A stretch of 64,000 nucleotides of DNA from assembly GCA_002269645.1 (NCBI GenBank), contig NIVC01000382.1, forward strand, positions 372,001 through 436,000, written 5' to 3'. This DNA comes from Macrostomum lignano. Its lineage: Eukaryota. A program made the translations under genes and the position numbers. Shown piece by piece: positions 38,791-49,263 of the stretch; within the stretch, counting starts at the first letter, position 1, and each line of letters begins with the position of its first letter. The notes below the pieces were generated by a model that ran no database searches, was not told where the DNA came from, and was given only the letters and a program-made list of their open reading frames with translations.

Positions 38791-39693
38791 TTGCGTTTAA
38801 ACTAAAAAGAACAATTAATCATATAGGATCTAAATATAGTCAAATAAGCAAAACAAGAATAGAGAACAGGTCCAGTAAAAAAGCACAAACTTCGAAAATG
38901 GTGTGCCACAAACTCGCATAGCCCGGAACTTAATAAATAAGCCTAGACATTACAGGCCCGAGCTGAGCTTTACACGACAAACAGCAGCATTATTCATTTA
39001 GTATTATTATTCATATATATATTATTGTATTGTAGATTTAGTAGGTCAATTAACTGCAAAATAGAAACATAATTAACAAACTTAACGATTGGCCAATTAC
39101 AGCTGTTTAGCATGTACTACTATAAGTATTAACTAGTTATATTAGAAACGAGAATAGTTACATTTTATTAATAGTTATAACTTTGTTATTATGATAACTT
39201 TGAAAAATAACTTTCTAAATGCAAACGACACCAATAAAACAAACCACATACACTACTCAAATATGCAACTCATTATTCACCCAATAAACCAACATTATAA
39301 TCAATAGTTTTTATTAAAACACGACACAACAGTGACACCGGATTTAGTACAAAAAACCAACTGAAAACAAGTTTCGCTTCCGATGAAATTTGTTGGTTTA
39401 GAAACGAACAATGCACAGCGTACACAACTCACTACCTGCCTGTGTATGTAAGTAGAAATGACGGAGCATTGGAATTAAAATTTTTAGTTGCGCATAAAAA
39501 TAGAGACCAAAATATAGTGCGATATTTTTAATATTCCCAGATTTGACAATAACTGCGGCACAAAGATGAGAATAAATGAATATTGTTTTGGATTATCCAG
39601 CAGCTACCAAAATTAGGGATGGGTGGCTCACAGTTTACAGACTGTTTTTTGCATAAACAAAAATTGCCAGTATTAATATCCGCCATCTACTGC

Positions 39694-39782
39694 TCAATCA
39701 TCCTCGTTTTCGTCAGCGTTGTCTTCCTCTTCACCGACGTCCTCTTCGTCCAGATCCTCTTCTTCATCGTCGTCTTCCTCGT
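39694..39782 (-). CDS. SET: SET / TAF-I beta exon 4 (acidic tail DEEDDDEEEDLDEED...EDD*)
   Basis: Acceptor aattcccgcag, phase 1, stop TGA. Confidence 0.88.
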
Positions 39783-40889
39783 CTGCGGGGAATTAGTGGG
39801 TCCACGATGCTTCAGTGACTGCACAGATACCCCCCTGATGCTTCAGATATCACACAGATACCCTCTGATGCTTTAGATATCACACAGATACCCTCTGATG
39901 CTTTAGATATCACACAGGTACCCTCTGATTCTTCAGTTATCACACAGGTACCCTCTGATGCTTCAGTTATCACACAGGTACCCTCTAATGCTTCAGATAT
40001 CACACAGGTACCCCCTGATGCTTCAGTTATCACACAGGTACCCTCTGATGCTTCAGTTATCACACAGGTACCCTCTAATGCTTCAGATATCACACAGGTA
40101 CCCCCTGATGCTTCAGTTATCACACAGGTACCCTCTGATTCTTCAGTTATCACACAGGTACCCTCTGATTCTTCAGTTATCACACAGGTACCCTCTGATG
40201 CTTCAGTTATCACACAGGTACCCTCTAATGCTTCAGATATCACACAGGTACCCCCTGATGCTTCAGATATCACACAGGTACCCTCTGATGCTTCAGATAT
40301 CACACAGGGAACCCTCTAATGCTTTAGATATCACACAAGTACCCTCTGATGCTTCAGTTATCACACAGGTACCCTCTAATGCTTCAGATATCACACAGGT
40401 ACCCCCTGATGCTTCAGATATCACACAGGTACCCCCTGATGCTTCAGATATCACACAGGTACCACCTGATGTCTCAGATATCACACAGATACCCTCTGAT
40501 GCTTCAGATATCACACAGGTACCCCCTGATGCTTCAGATATCACACAGATACCCCCTGATGCTTCAGTTATCACACAGATACCCCCCGATGCTTCAGATA
40601 TCACACAGGTACCACCTGATGCTTCAGTTATCACACAGGTACCCTCTAATGCTTCAGATATCACACAGGTACCACCTGATGCTTCAGATATCACACAGGT
40701 ACCCTCTGATGCTTCAGATATCACACAGGTACCCCCTGATGCTTCAGATATCACACAGGTACCCTCTGATCAGTGGTGTGATTGGAAAGTTTGCCAAATT
40801 TCGCGCCGACTGAAAATTTTCGCGCCATGCCAATGATATTCTACTGACAGCCAAATAAGTCAATTGATGACACTTTTAAGATGCGTCTG

Positions 40890-41164
40890 CATACATACGC
40901 AACTGCTGGCCGACCTGGCCGATCTGGCCACTGTAAATTGTGGTGGACCAGGGGTAAGTCGCAAAAATGCCCACCCCAAAGAATAGACATAGTACTAGTT
41001 AGATGACGAGGCATTCAGCCCTTGTAAGAGAGTCATAGTTACTCCTGCCGTTTACCCAAAATTGCGTTAATGTTGCTCTAGGGTTTTTTTCACAGGTAAG
41101 TCGGATTTTTGGTCAAAAAGTAAGTCGCATGGCCAGTGTAAATCAGGGGGGTTGCGCATGTATG
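40890..41164. mobile_element. hAT-type MITE carrying a 28S rRNA fragment (copy A), nested in the element above
   Basis: TIR catacatacgcaac/gttgcgcatgtatg; 8-bp TSD tgcgtctg (40882-40889 and 41165-41172). Confidence 0.9.
40994..41057 (-). pseudogene. 64-nt 28S rRNA-derived fragment (helix 69-71 region) inside the MITE
   Basis: 55/64 ungapped identity to the conserved GGGTAAACGGCGGGAGTAACTATGACTCTCTTAAGGTAGCCAAATGCCTCGTCATCTAATTAGT (compared from memory). Confidence 0.85.
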
Positions 41165-42115
41165 TGCGTCTGGCTACCAATTAGCATGTCTCTCAAGTCC
41201 CAGCCGTGTCCCGCCTGAACTTCTTGTTGGCGATGTTGGGTGGAATCTTTGAATCTGGGCAAATGGCCATCAGATCCTCGGCAAAGGTCCTCTTCTGATT
41301 CGAAGCTGCGATTCTTCAGTGCAATCCTGACAACACATCTGATCTCTGCCACCCTTGCAGACGTAGCAGCCACATCTTCAGTGTCACTTTGCTTCTTTGC
41401 GACCACGAAATTCTCTACGAATCTCGAAATTCTCGAGATTAATCTCCTAAGCTATGACATTCTTGTATTTCATACTGTCTGACAAGAGAATAAGTGTAAA
41501 AAGCAGAAAATAAGAATGCAATTTTCGCGCCCATGGTTCCACAAAATTTCGCGCCAGACCCCCAGGATTCGCGCATTCGCGCCATTTTCGCGCCTGGCGC
41601 GAATTCGCGCCTGAATCACACCACTGCCTCTGATGCTTCAGATATCACACAGGTACCCCCTGATGCTTCAGATATCACACAGGTACCCTCTGATGCTTCA
41701 GATATCACACAGGTACCCCCTGATGCTTCAGATATCACACAGGTACCCTCTGATGCTTCAGATATCACACAGGTACCCCCTGATGCTTCAGATATCACAC
41801 AGGTACCCTCTGATGCTTCAGATATCACACAGGTACCCCCTGATGCTTCAGATATCACACAGGTACCCTCTGATGCTTCAGATATCACACAGGTACCCCC
41901 TGATGCTTCAGATATCACACAGATACCCCCTGATGCTTTAGATATCACACAGGTACCACCTGATGCTTCAGATATCACACAGATACCCCCTGATGCTTCA
42001 GATATCACACAGGTACCCCCTGATGCTTCAGTTATCACACAGATACCCTCTGATGCTTCAGTTATCACACAGATACCCCCTGATGCTCCGCATGCAATTG
42101 CTAATCGAAACTCAC

Positions 42116-42434
42116 CATCCATACCGCTGCCATCCATTTCCGAGGCCAGATAATACTGCAACGGATTTGGCCAAATATCGTCTTTGATCACTTCGCCAAG
42201 CTCGTCCTGGGTAGCGTCGCCCTGGCTGGTGAACCAGGCAAAGAACGATTCGACTTCTTCATAGCCGCGCTTTTTACCGGCTTTGCCGGGTCCGCCCGAA
42301 CCGGCTTTCTTAGTGGGATCTTTGCCCGGATACCAGTCGATTGGCGAAATCTCCGTACGGGGCTCGCCGCCTTCGCCAAGATGGAATTCTTTCCACAGCA
42401 CTTCATTCTTGAAGTAGGAGTTCTTTTCGAAAGT
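42116..42434 (-). CDS. SET: SET exon 3
   Basis: [19 protein letters not shown]...SFFAWFT...[20 protein letters not shown] is the hallmark of the SET/NAP domain; acceptor cccccag, donor G|GTGAGT. Confidence 0.95.
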
Positions 42435-42484
42435 CTGGGGGCAGTTTAGGGTGGGTTGGTTAGTATTATAGAGTAGATTGCATC

Positions 42485-43025
42485 ATAAATATTCACTGGA
42501 TTGCTAGACTATCACTCACCTGAATTTTCAGTGGATTGCTAGACTGACACTCACCTGAATATTCACTGGATTGCTAGACTGACACTCACCTGAATATTCA
42601 CTGGATTGCTAGACTGACACTCACCTGAATATTCACTGGACTGCTAGACTGACACTCACCTGAATATTCACTGGATTGCTAGACTGACACTCACCTGAAT
42701 ATTCACTGGACTGCTAGACTAACACTCACCTGAATATTCACTGGACTGCTAGACTAACACTCACCTGAATATTCATTGGATTGCTAGACTGACACTCACC
42801 TGAATATTCACTGGATTGCTAGACTGACACTCACCTGAATATTCACTGGACTGCTAGACTAACACTCACCTGAATATTCACTGGACTGCTAGACTAACAC
42901 TCACCTGAATATTCATTGGATTGCTAGACTGACACTCACCTGAATATTAATTGGATTGCTAGACTGACACTCACCTGAATACTCAGTGGATTGCTAGACT
43001 GACACTCACCTGAATACTCAGTGGA
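42485..43025. repeat. 35-bp minisatellite in SET intron 2; each unit reads ...atattCAG|GTGAGT... on the gene strand
   Basis: About 15 copies of aatattcactggattgctagactgacactcacctg. Confidence 0.95.
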
Positions 43026-43143
43026 TTACTACATCAAATCACAATACACTTTTGTAGTTTCATAAGTGACTTTTATTCACCCAAAAACTATTCCCTATTT
43101 AACCGATTTTAAATTGATGAAAGATTATTAAAAAATCACTCAC

Positions 43144-43448
43144 AAAGGACACTTTGTATCCGGACTTGATGTCCTCAAACTCGGTGACGTCAACTTTCTT
43201 CAGGTACTGCAGAATGTCTTCGTCATCCTCAGTAAGCATGCTGGACACCTGGGGATGATTGACAAACGCAGTAACCCAGAAGTTCGGTATTTTAGCAATC
43301 AGCTCGGATCGTTTGACGAAATGCGGCTGACGCAGCTTGTTGTACTTTTGCTCAACTTTGAGAATCTCTTCGCTAGCAGACTCGTTCAGCTTGTCAATCT
43401 CCGTTTGAACCTCGTCGATTTTGTCAACAGCATCTTGGGCGGCTCGCT
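43144..43448 (-). CDS. SET: SET exon 2
   Basis: [59 protein letters not shown] is nearly identical to human SET; acceptor ggaacag, donor TTT|GTGAGT. Confidence 0.97.
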
Positions 43449-44516
43449 CTGTTCCAAATTTTGGCAAATAATTTCAGTCTAGATTAGAATTTGATAGGCC
43501 ATAAAAAGTTGCAATATGAATTACATAGTACCATAGACAAAGTAGAAGACTTAGATACTTGTCTGAATAAATCTGTAGATACATGTAACTTGCAGCTGTA
43601 GCTCTGGTGACAGGCTACTGCTAATTCCTCATTTATACTTTAGTTTTTTATGCACATAAAACAGGAACATCCAATCTGGTTTGCATAGATGTGCATCTAA
43701 TTTCCATTGGCATTCACTGTATATACTACTGCACAAGTTTTTTTTAAAAACCTAAAAACCGGAATTTTTTTTAACTCCAAATCTCTCAATTATTTTACCT
43801 TTTTTAATGTTGCTAATCTAATTTGTCTAATTGTGCTGCAAATTCCAATATGCTAGTCTTCCAAGGATTGCCTTAATTAAATATAACATTGTGTGCTTTT
43901 CAAAGGCAAAATTATTTAAATTGGTTATGTAATAGATGCTACCAAAATTAACAAGTCAGCACACTTGGCCTCACAATCTAGATGATAATTGAATTCCTAC
44001 GTCAATTTGCAGTACTTGCAGATTTGCTTTACTGTAGTTAGAGCAAGGCAAATAGGACAATGCACTACTAATATGTGACTCTTAAATCTAAAGTCCATCT
44101 TCTAGAAGCCAATGTCCCAAAATGGTCAACCAAGTGTAAAAAGTATATCCATTACTCCCTGATATAACAATTGGATGCAACAATTAATTCTGAAGTTGTT
44201 AAGGTCCGGTCCTTCTATATCAGCCCAATTGGCAAGGTGATACCCCACAGGTGCAACAGACCCATAAGACTGGAGAATGCTAGAGTATTAATGCAGGCAG
44301 CCTCTCCAGAGTTCCAAGAGTGGCTAGCTACCACGATTGTGTGGCAGAAGCTTCTAATGTCAGGCTCATGTGTAGATATAGCCTTGGGTTTGCCATGCTG
44401 GCATTGAATGCAGGCTGCACAATGTGACTCACTGTAATCGATAACCTTTCAAGTCGTCAGTGGTCTTGACAATTGAAAAAATTCAATCTAAAAAATAAGC
44501 TGCTTAATTGGAGCAA

Positions 44517-44857
44517 CATATATGCCCAACACCCATCCGACCTGTCTAAACTGGATGGGTGAAATGGCCACCAGCCAAGGTAAGTTGCAGAATTAAAAAT
44601 GTGAAAAATGAAAATTTGGGGAAGAAAGGAGAGGAAGAGAAAATGAAAAGAAAGGAGGGAGAAGAGAGAGAAGGGAAAGAGGAGAGAGAAAGAGAAAGAG
44701 AAGAAAAGAGAAAAAGATAAGAAAAGTCATACAAAGTGATAATTAAGTCACAATCAAGATTCAAGAGGAACTAAGTTGCAATTGGGAGGAACTAAGTTGC
44801 AAATCTGGACAAAACTAAGTTGCACTGGACTGGTAAAATTTTGAGGTTGGGCATATG
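44517..44857. mobile_element. Older relative of the hAT MITE, without the rRNA fragment
   Basis: TIR catatatgcccaac/gttgggcatatg; near-TSD tggagcaa/tggaacaa; taagttgca subterminal repeats homologous to taagtcgca of copies A and B. Confidence 0.65.
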
Positions 44858-45992
44858 TGGAACAAGATGGACACTGTGCTCTGCAGCCTCTGGTCTTTAT
44901 TGGGTACTCCAAGTATAAAGGGCAATATCTAGTAGACTCTAAAGGAGATGAATTATGAACTAGATGATTGAGTTTATTAAAGAGAAAGGTGAGCAGACTC
45001 TTGCTAAATAGTAAGTTGTGATATACTTTGATGTTAAACTACTAGGTTGTCTAATTGTACATCATTAGCTATAAGAAGAATCAATTGTCAATAAAATTGG
45101 AATAGATATAGAATTTTTAATATTTTTTTTATTTTTGACTAGGTTATGTGTATATATTGGAAAAAAGCAATTAAAAGGATATTTGATCTTTTCTAGTTAT
45201 TTATAAGCATAAAAATCATTATATTATACAACTATAAGACAAGACTTCTATCATTATGCTCTTAATATTTTTAATTTTATTTGCAAATGAGGACACACAA
45301 TCTGTCAATGACACAATGTCACTATCATATACACCAGGATATAAGCTGATATATACCAAAAATGGCAAGTACCTTGTTATACAACAGGAAATCCCAGCAT
45401 ATATGTTGCCTTCCGAACTGGCAGCTATGGCATATAGACCCCCCTTTTATGGTGGAAAACTACAAAAGTTTTTTTAAAAAGTAACAATATTACTGATTCA
45501 AGACAATGATGAAGTTCCAAGAATATTGAAATTAGATAAGAAAATTGAAACTTATAGTCAGGATCATGGCATGCCTGCACTGGAACTATTACTAATAAAA
45601 AGTTTGCTCACACCATGCCATAGTCTGGATCATGCTGGGTGCACACCCGAACAAAAATTGAATAATTATAAATGCACTCTGGAAAAAATGTAGTGCATGC
45701 CCATTCTCAAAAATACGCCGGTGTTGTGACAATAAATGACCTTTTTACATTGTGACAATAAAATACTTTTTTAAATTGCATAATAGACCCTTCTTACCAG
45801 ATAATTTGGTTGCTTTTTATGCTTTTTCGGCGATACTATTTAGAGTGAAAGATTAATACACAATAAGATTTGTTTAAATTCTCTTTTACAAGCTTGAAAA
45901 ACTGAAAAGCTTGAAATTTGCGCTTAAAAAAGTTTTTTTTTCACTTTTTTTCTACTTTACATTAACTCTTACGCGTGAGTCTATAAAGTGCA

Positions 45993-46542
45993 TACTAGGT
46001 GTGCACGCATCCTATTTTCTCAGGAGTGATGCACGCCAACTATGCACGCCTCATTTTGGCGTGCATGGCCAATGCACACCCGAATTTTTGGGCATATACT
46101 ACATGATCTGGAGTGTGGACACTATGTACTGCAACTTTTTGAAAAAAAAAATACAAAAGTCAGTAATTTTCCATTTAACCCTTGAAAGATTTTGGTATCC
46201 ATTGGACCCCAATAGTATCTTTAAGTTAGAACAAAATCATACTAAATATTAGCTCTTAGCCTTTTGAAAAAGTAATTGTTTAAATTTTTTAAGAAATAAA
46301 AATAAAACAATAGTAGTTAAAAAGTTTTTTTGGTTTAGTAAAAATTCACTAGTTTTTAGTATTCCTTTTCTTAAATATTAAAATTTTCAAGTATAAATAT
46401 TACATGATCTTGACTTCCACACTTTGGATCATTTAGTATACATCCAAAAATTTAGGGCATGCATTAGCCTTGCATACCAAAAGTAGATATGCATAGTTGG
46501 TGCATTACTCCTAAGAAAATATACCTAGCATCCACACTTAGG
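45993..46542. mobile_element. MITE-like insertion with imperfect inverted repeats of about 125 bp, inside the left arm of the fold-back element
   Basis: ctaggtgtgcacgcatcctattttctcaggagtgatgcac... matches the reverse complement of ...gtgcattactcctaagaaaatatacctagcatccacacttagg. Confidence 0.55.
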
Positions 46543-47539
46543 AAGGTGTCACATGTGCGCGGGAATATATTTCAGCATATTTTTGGTGTGCGCTATGCGC
46601 GAAGCTAAAATATGAATTTTTGCGCCGAGGTCTACATTTGTTTATTGACAAATACATAGCTAGAGTACTAATCCACCGTAGCACTAAAAACTTGGTAAAA
46701 GTCCAATTAAAACAAAACTAAAAAATGGATAAATTTTCGTATATTATGTAGGCTTTTTTCCAACTCAAAACTTTTGCTTTATTTTAGCTTACATAGAGAA
46801 TTTTTTAAAGAAATAGCTCTAACTTTACATTAAAATCCAATTTTGAATTTTATTATTTGTTTTACTTACCAAGAAACAATTTTTTTATTGATATTGTGGT
46901 AGGCGCAAGCACAGCCTCCCACTGCGCGTAATCCACTGGCTGGATGACTCAATGAACCGTCATTCCCGGCGTGTAAATCTGTGACACTCAATGTAACTTT
47001 CTTTCCCACCCCCCTGGCAAAGTTTTGTTTTTCTGTGCCTTTCCCTGGGGTCCACCCAGTGCTATTTTCGTCACCACCCGGTGTACCCGATCTTTTCTTT
47101 TGCGTGTAACTCTCTTCCCACCCAGGGTAACCCGCTTTCTCCTAGTGGTTCCTGAGAGCCTAATTTGAGTCTGCGCCCTGCCTTTCCTAGCCAGACTCTC
47201 GTGGCCTTTGCCCGAACTCCTGAGGATTCCAGTAGACCCTACTCAGACCATTACAAGAGGCCCCATATTTTGTAAGCCTAACCTCCCAACCCGACCAGCT
47301 CCTTGCCTTTTCAATTTAACAGTTTGACAGCAATATCTAAGTTTTAATCATCGCTTATAGTGCGTGCAACCTAAGTTTTAATAATAATCTAAATATCCAG
47401 CTTTGGCCACTATTTATTCTCAGCCTGACTTTATTGTGTGTGAAACGGTGTCTTAGCCTTTATGACCTAGGAAGCACTCTATTTAGACCTTAGAGGTCTT
47501 CTGAGACGCGCTAGAGCAAACTCAAGCCAGTTTCAAGCT

Positions 47540-47946
47540 TTAGAGCTTTCCCACGTACAATTGTGGTGGAGGTAGCGACCTACTACCTATAGTAATCACT
47601 CTCGACGAATTAGCTTATTTTGAAGAGCCCTCTATTCAGCTACAAATCTCTGCATTTGGCATTCTAAACGTCGGCAAACTAGACCGCTCAGCCGCAACCA
47701 CAGCTACCCTCCCCCTGAGCCTGAGGAACTCAGCAGCAGAGCTGCCTGCCATCTGCAAGCCAAAATCTTTGTTAAGTTTTGTTGGAAACGACAAAGTGCA
47801 CCGATTCGAACGGCTGGAACAACCAAATCAAAACCCCCACAGCTTCAGAGTTTCTCTTTTCAAACCCCCTGACCTCAATATGCTTGGAAAAAACGTAATC
47901 TTAAAGCATAATTTATGCACTGCATATGCAGATTATACATTTAGGT
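47540..47946 (+). pseudogene. Possible decayed LINE ORF2 fragment (end of the AP endonuclease)
   Basis: An ATG-less open frame of about 130 codons contains GGGSDLLPIVITL, resembling the APE motif SDHxPI; nothing else recognisable. Confidence 0.3.
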
Positions 47947-48508
47947 GACTCAATGTGAGCTAAATTTTTCTAATCAAGTTTTGCTGTGTGCCACTGTGTG
48001 CTAAAAACTTCTGCTAAGCCTTTGTTGTACGCCATATGCGCCACTTTGCGCATATTTTTTGTTGATATGCGCCGGAATTTTCCGCCATAATGTACACCTT
48101 CTTAAGTGTGGCCTAGCATGCACTTTATAGAATCATGCAGGAGTTATTATGAAGAAGAAAAAATGTGAAAAAAGTTCATTTTAAAAGTAAATTTTCTGCT
48201 TTTTTGGGTCTTTAAGCTTGGATTAAAGCATTTAAACACATCTTTGCATATATTAATTTTCTACTATAAATATAGTATCACCAAAAAAGCAGAAAAATTA
48301 ACCAAATTATCTGTCAAAGAGGGTCTATTAGGCCTATGCAATGAAAAAAGGCCATTTATTGTCACAATGTAAAAAAGTCATTTATAGTCATATTATTAGT
48401 GGAGTTTTAAGAATGGGTATGCACTTATTGTTTGGCATGCATTTATAACTATCAATTTTTGTTTAGGCGTGCACCCAGCATGATCCAGACTATGGCTTGA
48501 CCCTAGCT

Positions 48509-48806
48509 CATACATGCGCAACAGTCGGCCGAGTCGGCCGATCCGGCCGACCGATTTGGCGGCCAACCAAGGAAGTCGCAAAAATGCCCACCCGAAAAAA
48601 TAACGAAGTAAGAGTACTAAGTAGCTGATGAGGCATTTTGGCTTAATAAGACAGTCATAGTTACTCCTGCCGTTTACCCAAAGTTGCGTTAATTTTGCTT
48701 TAGGGTTTTTTTACATCTAAGTCGCATTTTTGGCCAAAAACTACGTCGCATTTTTGTTAAAACTAAGTCGCATGGCCGACCGAATTTCAGAGGTTGCGCA
48801 TGTATG
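48509..48806. mobile_element. hAT-type MITE carrying a 28S rRNA fragment (copy B; fragment at 48616-48679)
   Basis: Perfect 14-bp TIR catacatgcgcaac/gttgcgcatgtatg; 8-bp TSD ccctagct (48501-48508 and 48807-48814). Confidence 0.92.
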
Positions 48807-49263
48807 CCCTAGCTGCTAGTGATGTCTTTGATTAAAATGCAGTTTCCATATGGGGAAATCCAAAAATCGGGGGCAAGTTTTATGAAAATTCATTTTTTGG
48901 CAATTTGAAAGCAATAAAGCTATAAAATAAATTTATTCAAGTTTTTAAAAAGTAAAAAAGTCTATTAAAGCACAAATTATTTTCGGAATGCTTTATTTCT
49001 AATAAAATGATTTGTTAAAACGGTAAGTTTAATTACGACCTAAAATGAGTCTAATGAAAATGATTGAAAAGCTATCATAATGTATTTTATTAACTTTAAC
49101 TATCTTATAATGTTACACTCTATAATTCTACAACATATTTAACATTATTTTAAGGTTTTATTTGTTTATCACTTTCGTTACTCTTGACAACGTGTATTTT
49201 GTAGAGTTTGTTTGCAATAAATTGTATTCAACAAGTTTATTATTTAAACATACAAATTCCCGT

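Larger units (their letters stand above)
32256..38800 (-). ncRNA. Putative non-coding multi-intron snoRNA host gene (GAS5/UHG-like); short exons at about 37813-37874, 35826-35883, 35021-35076, 34016-34098 and 33725-33793; transcript ends undefined
   Basis: An acceptor-like (Y)nYAG lies 81-97 nt downstream of every D box, and a consensus donor (GTAAGG, GTAAGT, GTAAGT, GTAGGC, GTATGT) follows 56-83 nt later. No protein homology is evident in the exons. Confidence 0.65.
40771..41626. mobile_element. Non-autonomous hAT element with a transposase remnant
   Basis: Perfect 13-bp TIR cagtggtgtgatt/aatcacaccactg; 8-bp TSD cctctgat (40763-40770 and 41627-41634); subterminal ttcgcgcc repeats. Frameshifted minus-strand remnant AEIRCVVRIALKNRSF / DLMAICPDSKI resembles the hAT motif FPDSxIA. 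Confidence 0.88.
39825..42087. repeat. 30-bp minisatellite (tctgatgcttcagatatcacacaggtaccc) in SET intron 3, split by a transposon at 40771-41626
   Basis: Arrays at 39825-40770 and 41627-42087 share the same unit. Confidence 0.95.
45617..48496. mobile_element. Fold-back-type element with imperfect inverted arms of about 400-450 bp
   Basis: gccatagtctggatcatgctgggtgcac... at 45617 matches the reverse complement of ...gtgcacccagcatgatccagactatggc at 48496, and similarity continues inward; no clear TSD. Confidence 0.65.

Noticed and set aside
40994-41057. Functional rRNA gene or rDNA unit
   Set aside because: Only 64 nt, diverged, and enclosed by TIRs and TSDs.
41616-42115. Repetitive C-terminal half of the 261-aa SET-containing ORF
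   Set aside because: Intronic 30-bp repeat after the donor at 42115; the real acidic tail is exon 39694-39782.
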